Shown here in pieces: positions 62,408-64,000 of a stretch of 64,000 nucleotides of DNA (positions within the stretch are counted from its first letter, which is position 1; every line of letters starts with the position of its first letter). Origin of the DNA: Actinomycetota bacterium (GTDB taxonomy: Bacteria > Actinomycetota > Actinomycetes > Nanopelagicales > Nanopelagicaceae); NCBI GenBank assembly GCA_041165585.1, contig JBEANF010000013.1, positions 7,692 through 71,691 of the forward strand, in the 5' to 3' direction. The translations under genes were made by a program, and so were the position numbers. The notes beneath the pieces are model-generated. The model saw only the letters and a program-made list of their open reading frames with translations. It was not told the DNA's origin and did not search any database.

Positions 62408-63254
62408 TCCACACTCAGGAAGTGGGAAAGCTCCTAAGCATGCACAGTATGCCCATAAAGTTTTCACTCAATCGGGCTTAGAAGTCCTGGTTATCGAAGG
62501 TACATCTCTGGAAGATTTTCGCAATAGATTTAGAAAGGCAGTAAAGGAGCAACAAATCTCCGGAGTCGTCGCCTTTGGGGGAGACGGATTTGTACACGAA
62601 ATCATTCAACATATTGCACAGAGCCCCATTCCGTTAGGAGTCATTCCGTGCGGAACTGGGAATGATTTTGCACGAACTCTCAATGTCCAGCAACTATCGC
62701 TTGATCAACAGATTTCATTGATCATCAACACCGCGGCGCAAAGACACGATTTAGGGCGAATTGGAAGCCGGTGGTTTGCAGCCATTCTTTCGAGCGGTTT
62801 TGATGCAGTTGTCAACGAACGTGCAAATCAGATGCTTTGGCCAAAAGGACGCATGAAGTACAACGTCGCTATGGTTGAAAAACTTATTCAACTCAAAAGC
62901 CATCCATTCGAGGTAACGATGGATGGTGTTGAACATAGCTTTAATGCGACATTGGTAACGGTAGCCAACGGTTCAAGTTATGGTGGAGGTATGCAAGTCT
63001 GCCCAGATGCTTCAACTCACGACGGTCTTTTCGACGTCATGGTGTTAAAGAAGGTAGGCAGGCTTGAGTTACTTAAGGTCTTTCCGCGCGTTTATAAAGG
63101 AACTCATGTTTCCCATCCTGCAGTAAGTATCTATCGTTGCCGTGAGATTTCAGTCGTTGGATCAGGAAGTGCATACGCCGATGGAGAGAAGGTTTCTCAT
63201 CTTCCTTACACAGCCGAAACTATTCCTGGTGCACTTCTTGCGTGGTCTGCATGA
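62388..63254 (+). CDS. Diacylglycerol kinase family (YegS/DAGK) lipid kinase
   Basis: NP.SG.G, GGDG, P.GTGNDFAR, N..YGGG and DGE. GTG 62388 is the probable start. Confidence 0.9.
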   Translation: MLILAVNPHSGSGKAPKHAQYAHKVFTQSGLEVLVIEGTSLEDFRNRFRKAVKEQQISGVVAFGGDGFVHEIIQHIAQSPIPLGVIPCGTGNDFARTLNVQQLSLDQQISLIINTAAQRHDLGRIGSRWFAAILSSGFDAVVNERANQMLWPKGRMKYNVAMVEKLIQLKSHPFEVTMDGVEHSFNATLVTVANGSSYGGGMQVCPDASTHDGLFDVMVLKKVGRLELLKVFPRVYKGTHVSHPAVSIYRCREISVVGSGSAYADGEKVSHLPYTAETIPGALLAWSA

Positions 63255-64000
63255 GTACTCCCGCGCAACGGTTGGCCGCTTCTAAAGCCCGTGCCACACA
63301 TCGATTGACCGCGAAATTTATGGAGGGTTTTGATTTTCCCTTTGACGAGTTCCAAATACAGTCATTGCACTGCGTAGAGGATGGAAAGGGACTTCTAGTT
63401 GCTGCACCAACTGGTGCGGGAAAGACCGTTGTCGGAGAGTTCGCAGCATTCTTAGCGTTGGAACAGGGGAAGAAGTGTTTCTATACAACTCCGATCAAAG
63501 CTCTCTCAAATCAGAAATTTGCCGAATTCACAGATAAGTTCGGGGATTCCAACGTTGGACTTCTTACCGGTGATACAAACATTAACTCTGAAGCGCCGAT
63601 CTTAGTTATGACTACAGAAGTTCTAAGAAATATGCTCTATGCCGGTTCATCTACTCTGACCAACTTGCAATCTGTTGTGATGGACGAGGTGCACTACTTG
63701 GCCGACAAATTTCGTGGCGCAGTTTGGGAAGAAGTACTCATTCATCTGATGGAATCAGTTCAGGTGATTTCACTAAGTGCAACAGTCTCCAACGCGGAAG
63801 AGTTTGGCGAATGGCTCGGCACTGTTCGTGGCGGAACAGATGTGATCGTTTCAGAAATTCGACCTATTCCGCTCTATCAACATGTTCTAATAGGTAACCG
63901 TCTGATTGATCTATTTAAAGAACCTGGCAAGATCAATACCGAACTGTTAGCCCTAGAGCGCGAGTCCATGCGTAAGGTAAAGATGCCTCGACATCGTCGA
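63251..64000 (+). CDS. helY: Ski2-like DEAD/DEAH-box RNA helicase HelY (3'-truncated)
   Basis: Read manually from ATG 63251: MSTPAQRL...APTGAGKT..TTPIKALSNQK..LLTGD..MTTEVLRNM..DEVHY..RGAVWEE..LSAT. Absent from the ORF track because it runs off the window. Confidence 0.92.
   Translation, partial: MSTPAQRLAASKARATHRLTAKFMEGFDFPFDEFQIQSLHCVEDGKGLLVAAPTGAGKTVVGEFAAFLALEQGKKCFYTTPIKALSNQKFAEFTDKFGDSNVGLLTGDTNINSEAPILVMTTEVLRNMLYAGSSTLTNLQSVVMDEVHYLADKFRGAVWEEVLIHLMESVQVISLSATVSNAEEFGEWLGTVRGGTDVIVSEIRPIPLYQHVLIGNRLIDLFKEPGKINTELLALERESMRKVKMPRHRR

Overview
A 64-kb, very densely coded core-chromosome segment of a streamlined actinobacterium. Gene content, moderate GC, tiny intergenic spacers and loss of syntenic genes suggest the freshwater acI / Ca. 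Nanopelagicales lineage (Ca. Planktophila-like); this is an inference, not a database result. Gene order: rel (5'-truncated), DUF349, MBL-hisS-aspS, DUF948-alaS-ruvX-mltG-aroE-prepilin peptidase-aroCKBQ, efp-nusB, the pyrR-pyrBC-carAB-pyrKDF operon with a PyrR-binding site, an in-frame mIHF-guanylate kinase fusion, rpoZ-coaBC-metK-priA-def-fmt-rsmB-rpe-hisEG, serB, a salvage/membrane-protein patch (ung, NCS2 permease, YczE-like, DUF554, ADH, tdk, O-acetyltransferase, apt) beside tRNA-Leu(GAG), the phosphatase-DUF3090-SCO1664 kinase-mshC cluster, PAC2, metH, trmI-pafBC-tatAC and helY (3'-truncated). No mobile element, prophage or CRISPR array was seen. The most notable observations are: (1) the mIHF-Gmk fusion, with a candidate internal leaderless promoter for a Gmk-only isoform; (2) absence of the Pup-proteasome genes from their usual locus while pafBC and a PAC2 gene remain; (3) a TANNNT-N5-7-start codon (leaderless) signature before about 18 genes, including back-to-back divergent promoters; (4) a structured leader upstream of a purine-type NCS2 permease; (5) the uncharacterised kinase/phosphatase module coupled to mshC.
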